Assembly (NCBI GenBank): GCA_907165135.1
Contig: OU015570.1
Location: forward strand, 620,001 to 684,000
Direction: 5' to 3'
DNA: 64,000 nt
Origin: Oikopleura dioica
Lineage: Eukaryota > Animalia > Chordata
The notes beneath the pieces are model-generated. The model had not been told where the DNA came from and searched no databases. It saw nothing but the letters and a program-made list of their open reading frames with translations. Position 1 is the stretch's first letter. Each line of letters begins with the position of its first letter. The translations under genes were made by a program, and so were the position numbers. This document shows, piece by piece, positions 36,601-49,499 of this stretch.

Positions 36601-38247
36601 TCGGCATCGCCGACCATGTAAACTGCCCGAAATCGGTCGTTATTGCAACCTTCTGCTTGGTCTCTTCGTCGCATGGAATCTGGTGAAAACCAGTGAAGAG
36701 ATCCGCAGTTGAGAAGACAGTTGAGTCAGCCATTTGATCGATAAGTCCGTCAATGTCTGGCAGCGGGTACTGATTCGCAATCGTGACAGCGTTAAGCTTA
36801 CGATAATCACAAACAAGGCGCCATTTCCCGTTTGGTTTTTTGACAAGAAGAACAGGAGCTGCCCACGGGCTTGAACAGGGCTCAAGGAGTCCGGAGGAAA
36901 GATATGCATCGATAATTCGTCTGAGCTCTCTTCTTAGGTAGTAGGGAGTTTTGTATCTTTGAGAAGCCACGGGAGCGGCGTCCCCCGTATCGATCTTGTA
37001 CGACATGGCATCGGTGGTTCCGAGTTTCTCGTCCTCGACTGCGAAAACGTCCGTGTACTTCATGATGAGTTCTTCGAGTTTCCGTCGGATTTCTGATGAG
37101 AGGTCTCCTATGCTTAGTTCGCGTATGATATCGTTGAATTTTCCTTGGATTGTTGGGTCTGGTATTTTAATTTCCACTTCTTTGATCTGACAAATTGCAG
37201 CATTTTTGTTTATGAAGACTGGGACTGCCGATTTGTTTGCAATGTGTATTCTCGTCTTGCTTTGAAGGCTTCCGATTTGGACGCATTGATCGTAGATTTC
37301 AATATTTTTATTGATGGCGTTTTCTGGGACAGAACAAATATAGCTGGTTGGACAGGATTTGAGGTCAACGTCGATGAAGGTTGATGATTTTGGCATGATT
37401 GTTATTGGGGCTGAAGACACCGCTGTTGTTGAGAAGAACGTTGTTTTTGATATTGTTTTGATTCCTGTAGCGGGACTTTTGCAAATTTGAAGTTTTTCTT
37501 CAGTCTGGTCTTGTCGAAGAACGCTTTTGTGTAGATCAATGAGAATTCCATTTTCTGTGAGTTCTGGAGTTCCAAGAATCGGGCTGCAGTGATCCCCTAC
37601 GACGTAAAAGATGCATTTTTCCATTGATATATTTCCGATTTTGAAACTGGTTGAGATGCACCCGTAGACTTGAATCGGGTGGCGGGCGCCCAGGTTCACA
37701 ATCGGTTGGTTCACAATTTTGTGAACCCGGTTCACAATTTTGTGAACCTGGTTCACAATTTCGGTCAAAAAAGTGACTCAAATTGACTGAAGGCGCGGTT
37801 TTTGTCAAAGCTCATAACGTCAAAAATGAGTTTCTCTACGAAATCAGGCGCGGAGCGCATACAAACCCCTGATTTCACTCTTTTAAACATTTTGTGAACC
37901 GGGTTCACACAGATTGTGAACCGGGTTCACACAGATTGTGAACCGGGTTCACAAAATTGTGAACCTGGTTCACAATTGTGAACCTGGGCGCCCTACACCC
38001 CTTGAATCTCGGTTCCATTGTAAGACTGGAGTTGTACCGGAGATGGGACGATTGATGATTGAAGATGAGACGGAATAAGAAAGCGGGGTAGACAGGATAC
38101 CTGAGCGCCGGTATCTATCTGAAAACGAGTGTGCTGACCGTAAATTGTTGCTGGTGATAGAAATTTTGGGCCGACTCGGCTGACGATAGACGAGACAGCG
38201 GCATGGACCTTATGTGACGAGTCATAAGATCTATTTCTTAGTTTTTT
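33690..38247 (-). pseudogene. pol: Pol of element A: protease (DTGA), RT (YLDD), RNase H, integrase, C-terminal extension
   Basis: QIDTGAQVS upstream of the MITE at 37677-38000, then the 1102-aa track ORF. A one-base frameshift near 34465 separates the C-terminal domain (33690-34460). Confidence 0.93.
37677..38000. mobile_element. GG-terminal MITE with 8-bp TSD inserted in the protease of element A
   Basis: TSD CTTGAATC at 37669-37676 and 38001-38008; removal restores ...GTEIQVYGC...; gtgaaccgggttcac palindromes. Confidence 0.92.
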
Positions 38248-39352
38248 GACGATCTTTGCGGGCAGATATCCTTGATATGGCCTCTTTCATTGCAGATATG
38301 ACAGATGACGGTGCCACGGCAATTCTTCTTCGTATGACCTTTCACTCCGCATGCGAAACAGATCAGGGGCGCTCCATTCTGGCGTCGTTCAAATTGTCTC
38401 GGTTGTCTTGGCTGAAATGGGTCGTCATATCTTCTAGAAGTGAATTGGGCAGCTGTATTGATTGCTCGTTGTTGTTCGTAGGAGTTTCTTGACTCTGGCG
38501 CAGGCTGTTTTTTCTGAAGACTTGCCTGAACTTTGTTGACTTCCGTGAGCTCTCGTCTGAATGAGCTCATTCTTTCCTCCATCATTGACGAAAGGGTAGA
38601 GTGAAGGGATTCCATCAGAAATTCACGTGTCGGGAGCGTCGAAAATTGATGAGTGAGAGCGGTTACTTGTTCCCGTAGCATTGTGTCGTCTGCGGAGACG
38701 GCTTTGATCTCGACTCGGCGTTTGTGTTTCTTCATTTGGTCGAGATATTTTGCTGTGTCATTGGTGCTGCATGTCGATTTTCCTTGGTCCAGAAGGTATC
38801 GTTGCAGTTCTGGCGTCAAATTCGCATTGAATGCTTCCTCCAAAAATGTTTCTGAAGAGTCGCATTACCTTTGCTTGCGGTGGTTGCAAGTTTTTCAAGT
38901 CGAGTGTGAAACCGTGAGAATGTCTCTTCTTCATCAACACGACGGCTGGCTTTGTTCAATTTGTTTCGGGCTTCTTTTGCTTCCTCCTCTGTGTTTTCTT
39001 TGCCAATGATTTGTTGTAGGAGCTCGAAGAAGTCAGATGAGCCCTTGATGTCGTCGAATTCGTCCTCGTAGCGCTCCTGGAAATTTGACTCGAGGTGAGC
39101 TAGGCAGATATTTCGTCGAGTACGCTTGAATTCTGCTTCTAGGGCTATTTTTTCGCTTGTATTATCCTTAATGTCGTGAAGTTTAAGTGACGTGTCGAAA
39201 ATCAGTTTCATTCGTTCCATTTTTGCTCGAAGGTCTGTCTCTAGGCTTTTTAATTGTCTCTTTGTCGTTTTCATCGTGATCTTCGTCTTAGGAAGTGTGT
39301 TGTCCTCGAAAGCTTCGAGAAGTTCGATTGGGTGTCTAACGCTGGTCGCCAT
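38238..39352 (-). pseudogene. gag: Gag of element A with two CCHC knuckles
   Basis: MATSVRHPIE...CFACGVKGHTKKNC...CHICNERGHIKDIC. One-base frameshift in a T5 run near 38845 relative to the gag of element B. Confidence 0.9.
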
Positions 39353-40297
39353 GATATGACTAGACAAGACTGGAACAAAAATTTAAAGTCGATCGAGGTT
39401 TTATTGAATTTGAATGTTTTTGGCAGGGCGGAAATCGCTTATAAAGGGAGTCAGAGTCAGTCAGGTGTTTCAGAGTTGGGAAATAAATCAGTTGTTTATG
39501 ATTGCAATCGTCGATTCGTCACGTCGATAACTGTAATCGGGTCAGCGCACATTAAAATAGGGCAGAATAAAGGGTTCTGTACAAGTCAGATCAAAATAAG
39601 TAAGAAATATGTAAAAAATTACTAAAATTTTACAGAAGTCGAAATAACTTATGTCAGTGGCGAGTGAAGGATAAATATGTAAAATATTACTTAAATTTTA
39701 CAAAAGTCGAAGTTACGTATGTCCGTGGCGAGTGAGTAACAAATATGTAAAATATTACTAAAATTTCATAAAGTGGGTCAGTTGGTCAATGATTCGAATC
39801 AGCGGGTCGTCACTCCCTCGATTGGAATCAGGTCAGCGCGTAGATAAAAGAATAGGAAAGGTGTGCTGCAATAGGCGTTAAACTCATATATAAAATATTT
39901 ACAAAATGTGAAGTTTTTCTACAGTCGTGTCAGCCATCAGTCATCGGCGGGTTTTGAAATCGTTTGATATGCATTGAAGAAATAAAATTTCAAGAATGCC
40001 GATGTAGTAAGTCATGAGGCTCTTAAGGGCGAATCTTGTCAGGCCCTGCTAGTTCTGTCGTATGCGGGCTTGGCGAAGTCAATCGGTCGAGTAGTCTTTC
40101 TTTTCTGGCTATACAAAGGTCGAGTACTTGAAAAATCGTAATTATTCCAGGTATCGAAAAGTATTTCCGGCAGAAGTTTTTGTCCATATGAGCTACAAAG
40201 CCGAGAGGTCCAAATTGACGCTCATCGTTAGCTGTTTTAAGATCAATTTGCAGATTGTCATTTGCTTTCTTCGTTTTCGAGTGAGAAGCGGATGAAT

Positions 40298-41060
40298 TTT
40301 CGAAAATTTTGTCCGGACAATTTTTCCAGAATCGCAAAATCCTCTAGAACAACAATGAATAATCGCAACAAGCTTGGCGATGGCTCAAAATAGTCCTCTT
40401 GTTAATGTCCAACGGATCCACTTTGCAGAAATTAGTTTCCATTGTTGGTTTACTTTTTATCGTCGGTAGAAGTTTGAGATTTCGGCCGAATTATGGTAGT
40501 GAAATTTCAAAATGTTCTGAAGTTTCTAGAACATGAGTGAGTCATGGCGGTATTTTGGCAGACTGTTTGAGTGAAGAACCATTTTCCATGGATTCGTTTG
40601 AGCGTTTCGGATTGTCCAGGCGACCTCTCGGGGCGATTTGATTCGGTTCGCAAAAAAGTGTATATTGATATACACTATTTTTCGAAAATTTTGTCCGGAC
40701 AATTTTTGCGGAATTGCAAAATCTTCTAGAACAACGATGAATCATTGCAACAAGCTAGGTGATAGCTCAAAATGTTCCTCTTGTCGATGCCCAGCAGGTC
40801 CACTTTGCAGAAATTAGTTTCCATTGTTGGTTTACTTTTTATCGTCGGTAGAAGTTTGAGATTTCGGCCGAATTATGGTAGTGAAATTTCAAAATGTTCA
40901 AAAGTTTCTAGAACATGAGTGAGTCATCGCGGTATTTCGGCAGACTGTTTGAGTGAAGAACCATTTACCGGGGATTCGTTTGAGCGTTTCGGATTGTCAA
41001 GGCGATCTCTAGGGGCGATTTTATGCAGTTTGCAAAAAAGTGTATATTGATATACACTAT
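40298..41060. repeat. 381-bp tandem duplication downstream of pol in element B
   Basis: ttcgaaaattttgtccggac at 40300 and 40681; each unit ends in the palindrome AGTGTATATTGATATACACT. Confidence 0.85.
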
Positions 41061-41069
41061 CGGGCACCG

Positions 41070-44000
41070 CTATGTAAAATGAGCTGGATCGATGACCAAG
41101 TTTCCGCTTGCTGTGGTTTTCATAAACGGATATTTCTTTTTTGCTTTTTTCGTTATCTCCTCGGTGATTGCTGTTTTTGTCTTCCCTGTGATGTCGATTT
41201 CCAAACCCATATGTTTTGCGAGGACTTTCATCTCAAGGATTGTAAAATTGCTCAGGTAGCACTTTTTCTCGAGCATAAGTGCATTGTGTTTGACCAAGTA
41301 GAATCCCTCGGCATCTTTTTCCCAGTCAGGATGGTGAATTTGTATCCATTCGTTTATCTTTTCAATCTTCTTCGCTTTCGGATTTTTCAATGTGGCCCAT
41401 GTTCCAATTTTTATTCCACAATTGTACTCCCTCATAAATTTGTCGAGGGCTTTTTCGTGAAGGTCGGCCATTCGCTGTACGACAGGGGAAACTAGCTTTC
41501 GCGGTTCTACGTTCGTTTCTTGATTGTTTGTTAATTCGGCAACTTCTGTTGACTGGCTGTCGATTGAACTGCTATCTTCCTGTTGAGTGCTTGATGTGTC
41601 AAGTTCGTAGAACACAGTCTCGTCTGCAGGCTCCGTTACGTCTGAAATTGTCGGCTCTACTTGTTGTTCTACCGGCGTTTGCTCTTTTGCTCTCTCCAGA
41701 GCGTTTTCAGGTGTCGCGTCATTGCTTTCCATTCGATCAAAGGCAAGCTGGCTTCTTGTCTGGATGAAGTAGGAAATTCTCATGTTGAACTTCCTTGGCT
41801 TAGGTTTCGCGTCGTTCGCCTGTTGCTGTTGTTCTTCTTGTTTATCATCCTCAGGTTGGTAATCTTCAGGTCTGCTGATGAAAGGCTTTAGATGGCTGAT
41901 GTGCCTTGTCATGGCACGTCCTGTTTTCGGATTAAGAAGGTCGAAACTGAGTCCCTGGTTCTTGATGGCAGTTATTTTCAAAGGTCCGAACCATTTGAAG
42001 ATTTTTTCAAGTGGGTCGATGTTCTTGCACAGGACTAGGTCGTTAATCTGAAACTCATGAATTTTCTCGTCTGAAGATCGTCGTTTATCATGATTAGCTT
42101 GAATCTTCTCTCGAATTAACTCAAAATTGACGGTGTTTCTGGTCTGCTTCTGGCGGTATTTGTCGTTCGAGTTTTCTCCCTTGAAGCCAGTTTCGATTTC
42201 GAACGGAGAGGCCATCGTTACTGAGTGCTGTGCTAAATTCATCTGATGAATGACTGTTGGTAACCAGGCGTCCCAGTTCTCCATGCCACAGGCAAGTTTC
42301 AGTCGAGATTTGATTGTACGGTTCCTATTTTCAACTTCACCGTTTGTTTGCGGGTGGTATGCCGGCGAAAGTCGAACTCGGAGTCCTTTTTCTTCTGCAA
42401 ATTCTCTGACTGCTTTGAATTCTCCTTCATTATCCATGAGGATCTCTCTCGGTAAGTGAGGATTACGGAGCCATTCCGATCGGAGCGCATCGAGGACTTC
42501 TTCTGGTTTCTTTGACCGTAATGCAGAGGCATTTGTTCTTTTGCTAAAGAGGTCGGTGGAGACACATATGAATCTATTGTAGTTGTCGGTTATTTGTAGG
42601 GGTCCAATTAGGTCTATCGAATATCTCTCGAATGGCTGGAATGGTGCGGTAACATGTCCAAGTGGAGCATTGAGTGGATTTGTTGTCGGCTTGATCAGCT
42701 GGCATTTTCGACACGATCGAATGTAGTTGATCACAGTTGCTTTAAGATTTGGATAGAAGTACCGCGATTGGCAGTCCTGACTGACTGATTTTTGAAAGAT
42801 GCACATTGACGTTACAATTCTCCATGCTAAAAACATAGGAGATTTGTAACGTAGATTGCGTAGGCGTCACTGGTTTGACGGAACTCTCAAAGAAGAGACA
42901 CTAGAGTCAAATTTTAATTGGTTGATTAGCTATTTCACTCGAAAATCAGAATCAGTCAGTCAGAAATGCCAATCGCGGTACTTCTCCTCGATACTTTTGA
43001 GCGTTTGAGTGATTCGAGGGTGGCCCGATCTGTCGTGATACTCCTCCATTATTTCTCGGTGAATTGAGCCGGGTGGAATTGCTTTGAATCCATTTTTGTC
43101 TATGCCAAGCTCTCCACTATCTCCGAAGCAAAGAAGGCTCCTGTATCGTTTAAGTTATTTGGTGTCTGAGTCCGTGTCCCTTGGCCAGCGATCAGTCTTC
43201 TGAAACTTGATCACATCTCGAAGAATTTCGTCTGATTCTTGAAGGAAAAGAAAGTCGCGGGGTCTCACCATATTGATCGTTGGTTTCTGAAGCTCGTTGA
43301 TTTGGCGAGAAAGACAGTCGGAGATTTTCATTTTCTTTGACGGTTTCATGATCGTTTCAAAGTCAAATTCGCTTATCTCGGCAAGCCATTTGGCAATTTT
43401 TAGCTTTCGACTCATTATTTTGTGCGCCCAATTCACGCATGAATTATGAGTGAACCAGAAAAACTTTCGACCGAGAAGATAATGACTCCACTTTTCCATT
43501 GCTCGCTTGCCGGCCAAGAGCTCCTTCTCGCTGATCGTATAGTTTCGCTGTGCATCGTCAAATTTTTGTGATAGGTAGGCGACTGGACAGAATTTCTCAT
43601 TTTTCGTTTTTCTATAGAGAAGAACTGCTCCAATACCCGTTTCACTGGCGTCTGTCTCGATCGCAAATTCGCCAACATTTGGATTAGGGATTTTAAGAGC
43701 GTCGACAATGTTACAAATTTCGCTCTTGAGCCCTTCCAGTGCTTTTGCCGCTTCTTCGGTCCATTTGAATCCCTTGCTCATTGCCTTGTTGATTGGAGCA
43801 GCCTTTGACGCGAAGTGAGGAATGAAATTTCGATGGTAGTTAAGCAGTCCAAAAATGCTCGCGGCTTCTGTTTTCGAAGTTTGCTGACGTAGATCACGAA
43901 CTGCTTTTGTTTTTGCTGGGTTCGGGAATCTGAATCCGCTTTCGATAATTGCACCACAGAACTTGATTTTTCGTTTCTGGAATTCAGTCTTCGCGGCTCT

Positions 44001-45500
44001 TATCTTAAGGTTGTTATGACGGAGGACGGACAAGACTTTTTCGATGATTTCTAAGTTCTTTTCGAATGATTGTGAATGAAGACATAAATCATCCAAATAA
44101 ATTGCAAGTTCGCTGCTTGGGATGTCGGAAAATATCTTGTCCATCATTCTTTGAAATACCGCGGGCGCATTTTTCCCACCCATTGGCATAGCCGTCCACG
44201 CTAACTGACCAAAGTCCGTTGTTATTGCCACTTTTTGCTTCGTATCGGCTGTACAAGGAATCTGGTGAAAGCCAGTGAAGAGGTCTGCCGTAGAAAATAC
44301 CGTTGATTCGGACATTTGGTCGATAAGTCCATCGATTTCGGGTAATGGGTACTGGTTTGCTATGGTCACCTGGTTTAGTTTTCTGTAGTCACAAACTAAG
44401 CGCCATTTTCCGTTTGGTTTTTTGACGAGCAGCACAGGAGCGGCCAAGGGGCTAGAACATGGCTCCAAAAGTCCAGACGATAGATTCGCTTCGATAATGC
44501 GCTTCATTTCCTTTCGAAGAAAGTACGGAGTTCGGTAGCGTTGTGAAGCAACAGGAGCGGCGCTACCTGTGTCGATACTGTAGGACATCGCATCTGTAGT
44601 GCCGAGTTTTTCATCTTCTACAGCAAACCTATCTGTGAAATTAAAGATAATTTCATCAAGTTTCCTTCTTATTTTTGGGGGGGCTTCGCCAATGGAGAGC
44701 TCCCTCATAATTTGTTCGTATTTTCCTTCCTTCGCTGCCTCGGGTAATCTAACTTCCACCTCATGTATTCTGCAGACGACTGCATTTTTGTTTATATGGA
44801 TCGGAAGAGCTGTATTGTTCGCAAGGTGAATTCGTGCTCGATTTTGGAGGCTGCTTAATTGAATACACTGGTCGTATACTTCGAAGGTTTTATTTTTGTT
44901 GACTGGTTCGGGAATGGCACAGATAAAGCTTGTAGATGATTCGGAAAGGTCGACATCGATGAAAGTTGATGATCGTGGTGTAATTGTGATTTGAGAGGTT
45001 GATGTCGCGGTACATGAAAAGAACTTGGATTTGGATATCGCTTTGATGCCAGCTGCTGGACTCTTGCAGATAATGATTGGCTCCGTCGTGCTGCCTTGGC
45101 GAAGACAACTGGATCGCAGGTCTATAAGAAGATTGTTTTCGGAGAGCTCTGGAGTTCCAAGAATCGGCGAGCAGTGATCTCCTACGACTTGAAATATACA
45201 ATTTTTAAGCAGAAGTTGGCCGATTTCTATTGTGGCGGAGAGGCAGCCATATACTTGAATTTCGTTTCCATTATACGACTGAAGCTGTATTGACGAGGGG
45301 ATGATGGATTTGTACATTGATGGCGGGATTAGAGAACGAGGGATACAGGACACCTGAGCGCCGGTATCTAACTGAAAATTAGTTTGCTGACCGTAGATTG
45401 TTGCTTTCGTAAGTAATTTTGGTCCGACTCGATCCATGATTGTCGAGACGGATGCGTGGACTCTATCTGACGAATGATAAAGTCCAGAAGTTAGTTTTTT
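41070..45500 (-). pseudogene. pol: Pol of element B: protease, RT, RNase H, integrase, C-terminal extension
   Basis: QLDTGAQVS, YLDD, AIETDAS, GHP...C..C, YSIDL, MDNEGEF. In-frame stop at 43155 and a MITE at 42762-42978; removing the MITE restores EEKYFYP. Confidence 0.93.
42762..42978. mobile_element. Tc1/pogo-type MITE
   Basis: TA TSD; TIR CCGCGATTGGCA..(C/T)CTGACTGACTGATT; a lone related end at ~22818-22850. Confidence 0.88.
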
Positions 45501-46576
45501 GGCTGTCGGGTCGGGCAGATGTCCTTGATGTGACCTCGATGGTTACAGATGTGGCAGATCACTGTTCCTCTGCAGTTCTTTTCCGAGTGGCCCTTCATTC
45601 CGCAGGAATAGCAGGTTACTATCGTGCCGTCTCGTCGTCGTTCAAGTTCTGCTCGCGGTCGTTCCTGGTAGTATTGATTCGTTCGGGGAGCGGTTAATTG
45701 TGCCGTCGTGTTGATCGCATTTTGCTGTTCAGTCGTCTGGCGGGAGGGAGCGAAGGTCTCTCGTTGTGGTTGTCGGGGAACTGCCTTAAGTTTGTTTACC
45801 TCTGCAAGTTCCATTTTGAGTGAGTCCATTTTGGCGTCCATTTTCGAGAGAAGCTGAGAGAAAGAAGCGGATTCCAGTCGTAATGCAGCGACTTCTTCTT
45901 TTAAAAGAGTGTTTTCCATGCTGACAGCACTGATTTCGACGCGACGTTTGAATTTTTTCATCTTGTCCAAGTATTCTGCAATTTCTTTTGGTGTTTTTGC
46001 CGATTGTCCTTCGTCCAGGATGTATCGCTTTAGGTCAGGTGTCAGATTTGCGTTGAAAGATTCCTCTAGAAAATGTTCTTTCAGCGCATCTTTACCTTTA
46101 CTTGCTAAGCTGGCAAGTTTTTCAATTCTTGTGTAGAATCTTGTGAAGGTCTCTTCCTCGTCGGTTCGTCTGGAGATTGTAGAGAGCTTCTCTCGTGCTT
46201 CTTTTGCAAGCTCCTCAGGTTTTTCTTCTCCAATGATCTGGTGAAGCAAGGCGTAGAAATCTGTTGATCCTTTAACATCGTCGAACTCGTCCTCGTATCG
46301 TTCTCGAAATTGCCGATCAAGATGCGAAAGGCAGATTCGTCGGCGTGTGCTCTTGAACTGTGCTTCTAGTGCAGTCTTTGTCTCGTCGCTGATCTTATGT
46401 TCTGTCATTGATGCTCTAAAGATCAAGCCCATTCGTTCCAATTTCTCTTTCAGTTCTGTCACGATTCTCTTTAGTTGTGTCTTAGTCGTTTTCGTCGAAA
46501 TTTTAGTCTCTGGCGTCGTGTTATTTGTAAAGTCCTCAAGAAGTTCGAAGGGGTGTCGAATCGCAACGTTGGTCAC
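45491..46576 (-). CDS. gag: Gag of element B with two CCHC knuckles (open frame; ATG replaced by AAG)
   Basis: 361-aa ORF ending CYSCGMKGHSEKNC...CHICNHRGHIKDIC; homologous to the gag of element A. Confidence 0.9.
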   Translation of the reverse strand: MTNVAIRHPFELLEDFTNNTTPETKISTKTTKTQLKRIVTELKEKLERMGLIFRASMTEHKISDETKTALEAQFKSTRRRICLSHLDRQFRERYEDEFDDVKGSTDFYALLHQIIGEEKPEELAKEAREKLSTISRRTDEEETFTRFYTRIEKLASLASKGKDALKEHFLEESFNANLTPDLKRYILDEGQSAKTPKEIAEYLDKMKKFKRRVEISAVSMENTLLKEEVAALRLESASFSQLLSKMDAKMDSLKMELAEVNKLKAVPRQPQRETFAPSRQTTEQQNAINTTAQLTAPRTNQYYQERPRAELERRRDGTIVTCYSCGMKGHSEKNCRGTVICHICNHRGHIKDICPTRQPKN

Positions 46577-47415
46577 CTTGATGCGTCTGTAGAAATGAAA
46601 AGAGAAAATTGAACCTTCTGATTGGTTTTATTGTGAAATTGAATAATTTTGTCTTGGCAGAGTCGCTTATAAAGGGTCAGAACTGTGTCAAGCGTAAAAT
46701 CAGCTGGGTAAAGTGGGTCAGTTGGTCAATGATTCGAATCAGCGGGTCGTCACTCCCTCGATTGGAATCAGGTCAGCGCGTAGATAAAAGAATAGGAAAG
46801 GTGTGCTGCAATAGGCGTTAAACTCATATATAAAATATTTACAAAATGTGAAGTTTTTCTACAGTCGTGTCAGCCATCAGTCATCGGCGGGTTTTGAAAT
46901 CGTTTGATATGCATTGAAGGTAGGGATTTTGGTCGAGGTAAGGATTTTGGTCGAGGTAAGGAAACCGAAAGGAAAATATTTTCGAAAACTAAAAATGTGA
47001 GTCCTTGCAAAAAATACACCATACTCTACCCCCCTCTCAGCCGAAACATTTAAAAATTAACTTTTTTCAAAAATGATTTTTGTATATTTTCAGGTTGATG
47101 CAAGTCACCAGCTGATAAAGAATGCTTGATATTTGCCAAAATACTGTAAAAATGAGAATAAATATATTAAAAACTGCATTTCAATGATGATCTCAAATTG
47201 TTCTTGATTTCAACATTATTCAAAATAGATGAGAAGAAAATTTTAAATAATAAACAACAGCAAAAGAAGAGTAAGGTGAGGTGGAACTTAGTATTGGGTG
47301 GTGCGTTGAGACGAAACTGCTTTCTCTTGGAACTTGGCATTCATCATATCTTGACAGCGTCGTTTCTGAGTAATAATGCGATCTCGGGAGTCATGATAGG
47401 CCTTTAGCACCGTCG

Positions 47416-48646
47416 TTACTTCTCGAAATTGCGTCTGAAATCAAACTTGTCCCTCTCATATCCATTCCTCAAAACCTCGTAAAATCCAGAACTCTGATCA
47501 AGCACAGTTAGCAAGGTTCTTCTTTTCTCTATCGCTGTTTTCAGCAAACTGACGTTCTCAAGCAGCAGCTGTTTCCATTGTTCTAACTCTTGCTGAGCTC
47601 TGTGCCCATGTCCTCGTTCTTTTACCTTCTCTAGGAAATGATCCGGGTCACTTTCTTCAATTCCAGACGATTCCAACACCTCTTTCTTCAATTTCAACTC
47701 ATCTTCACATCTAAAAAGACGCATGAGTAAACAAAAAACATGTAAAATTTACTTTGAGTATTCTCTTATCGCTTCGACCAAATCTGCGCACAGAAGCTCT
47801 CTTGATTTGAAAAGACTGAGGACTTTATTGACGCCGGAACGGATTGCTTCAAGCGAAAAGAAGTCGAACGCGCGGGGGTGAATATTTTGCCGGTTTGAGG
47901 AAGATGCACTTTGAAGATTTGTTTCGTTTGTGACGTTTTGGCCTAAAAAGCTTTGTTAGACCAATGTTTGTCGAGTAGGACTAATCTGGTGTAAATACGA
48001 CGATGGTGTTAATACCAAGATGGTGTAAATACATAGGTCCGGCGAGCGAGTCTCTCTGTCCGTAGTAAGCCGCGTTGTAAAGAATGTCCGATGTTTTTTC
48101 GAAAGAGGACAAGTGAAGCGGCGAGTTCGAAACGTTCGCCAATCCAATTCTTGTACAACCAAATACTGAAGAAGAAAAATAGTAGAAAAGGCGATCAGTT
48201 CAACCGACAAACCTGGTCCAGTGTAGGTCATGTAATCAGTCAACATCATCAAGTGACGTCTATCACTTGATAGTCGGTGCTTCAGCGCGCTTTCGCTTCG
48301 CTTCTATCGACGCCTCTAGAATCTTGCTTTGTCTTCGTTTGGGAACGAACCTCTTCGCTGCGCGATGCTTTTTGATGTTTGTATCGATCTCTAGGTCTTT
48401 CAGGAGATTTGATTCGGATGTGAGTGATCTCAGATCACTGATCTGAGACGCACGCTGGCACTGAGGAGGAGTAATTCTAGCTCTGATTGAACAGCCTACA
48501 GGAGAGTTAGGATAGAACGAGAGGATGGAGATTGAATGGACCTCAAGGTGAGAGTTACACTTTGGAACATCTTCATGATTCGTGGTCAGAAGTGACGTAA
48601 AGCGATGTCCTGGCTTTTCAAGCTGGTACTCGGGAAACTCGGCCAT
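47416..48646 (-). pseudogene. Second MULE-type transposase fossil
   Basis: CNSHLEVH...GCSIRARI (WRKY/FLYWCH-like zinc region), then VVFTPD*SYSTNIGLTKLF at ~47945-48000, resembling the MULE D-x-TY-x-TN-x-Y-x-LPL motif. Multiple stops. Confidence 0.5.
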
Positions 48647-49499
48647 TTTTCCGATCCTTTTGCATGCAAGTATAAAGCGGATTTGAAGAGTAAAGTTGAT
48701 TTCAGAGTTTCATAACCGAGAAAATCCCATACATCAAGAACCCGTTTTCAACCCCTATATAGAAGAAACGGCCAAAGAGTTCAAATTTTTACTCGATAAG
48801 TTTCTTTTCATAATAACTTATTTAAATACAGTTCCTGAGTTTTTAACAACAGTCTGAGAAAGAGAGCTAGAGCATCCCGATTCGGGATTCTCGAATTGCG
48901 AAAAGAAAGAAGTTTAATGTACATAAGAGTACATTAAACAAAAAAGTTACATTATCAACCTTTCGATAAATTTTTCTTTTGCAGATTAAATGTTGAAGAT
49001 AACAAAAAGGGATATTTTAAGGATGACAGATTTTGCGAATTTTCCGAAAAAGTGGCCTTAAGTTGCTGGGCCTTAACCCGTTGCCGAGCGCGTAGGGTTT
49101 CACTGTAGTTGAAATTGTATGTTAAGTAAAAATGAAAGGTAAGCTTTGAATTAATTGGAAAAAGAAAAGAAACTAAATTATAACTTTGGTTGTAATTCAG
49201 TGGTAAATAAAGGAATAAAGAAAAACTAGGGTAACAGACTTAACAGTTACAATGGGTTTTCACTGTAAATTTACTTAGCTATGAAGAAGGAGCGCGGGGT
49301 TTCTTTGAAAGAATTGGCGCCCAAGGTTGGAGCCACTTTCCGCCCGAAGCGAGAGTTCGAAAGTCCGAAATAGGAACCATTCAATGTTTTCTGGACAATT
49401 ATCCGGTTATAATTTTGTTATGCGCACATCAGGGCGCCAAATTTGGTGGCTTGCACCGTGTTATCGTCATAAATTAGAAGAAGTTTTTAAAGTTAAAAC

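Larger units (their letters stand above)
33020..39768 (-). mobile_element. Ty3/Gypsy LTR retrotransposon A
   Basis: TG...CA ends; 5-bp TSD TAAAG at 33015-33019 and 39769-39773. Near-identical LTRs at 39352-39768 and 33020-33437 (left block extends to ~33583). PBS TGGCGACCAGC. Confidence 0.95.
32885..46920 (-). mobile_element. Ty3/Gypsy LTR retrotransposon B (host of nested element A)
   Basis: LTR copies at 46579-46919 and at 32885-33019 + 39769-39979 (split by element A). PBS-like AGGTGACC; gag and pol present. The right LTR is cut by a hAT-like end at 46921. Confidence 0.9.

Noticed and set aside
35497-37808. Short antisense or alternate-frame ORFs within pol, gag and YR (also throughout 41.5-46.6 kb and 53.5-58.8 kb)
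   Set aside because: They are shadows of the real coding frames, with no independent motifs.
39980-41070. env gene in the Gypsy elements
   Set aside because: No long ORF with a signal peptide or transmembrane segment after pol in either element.
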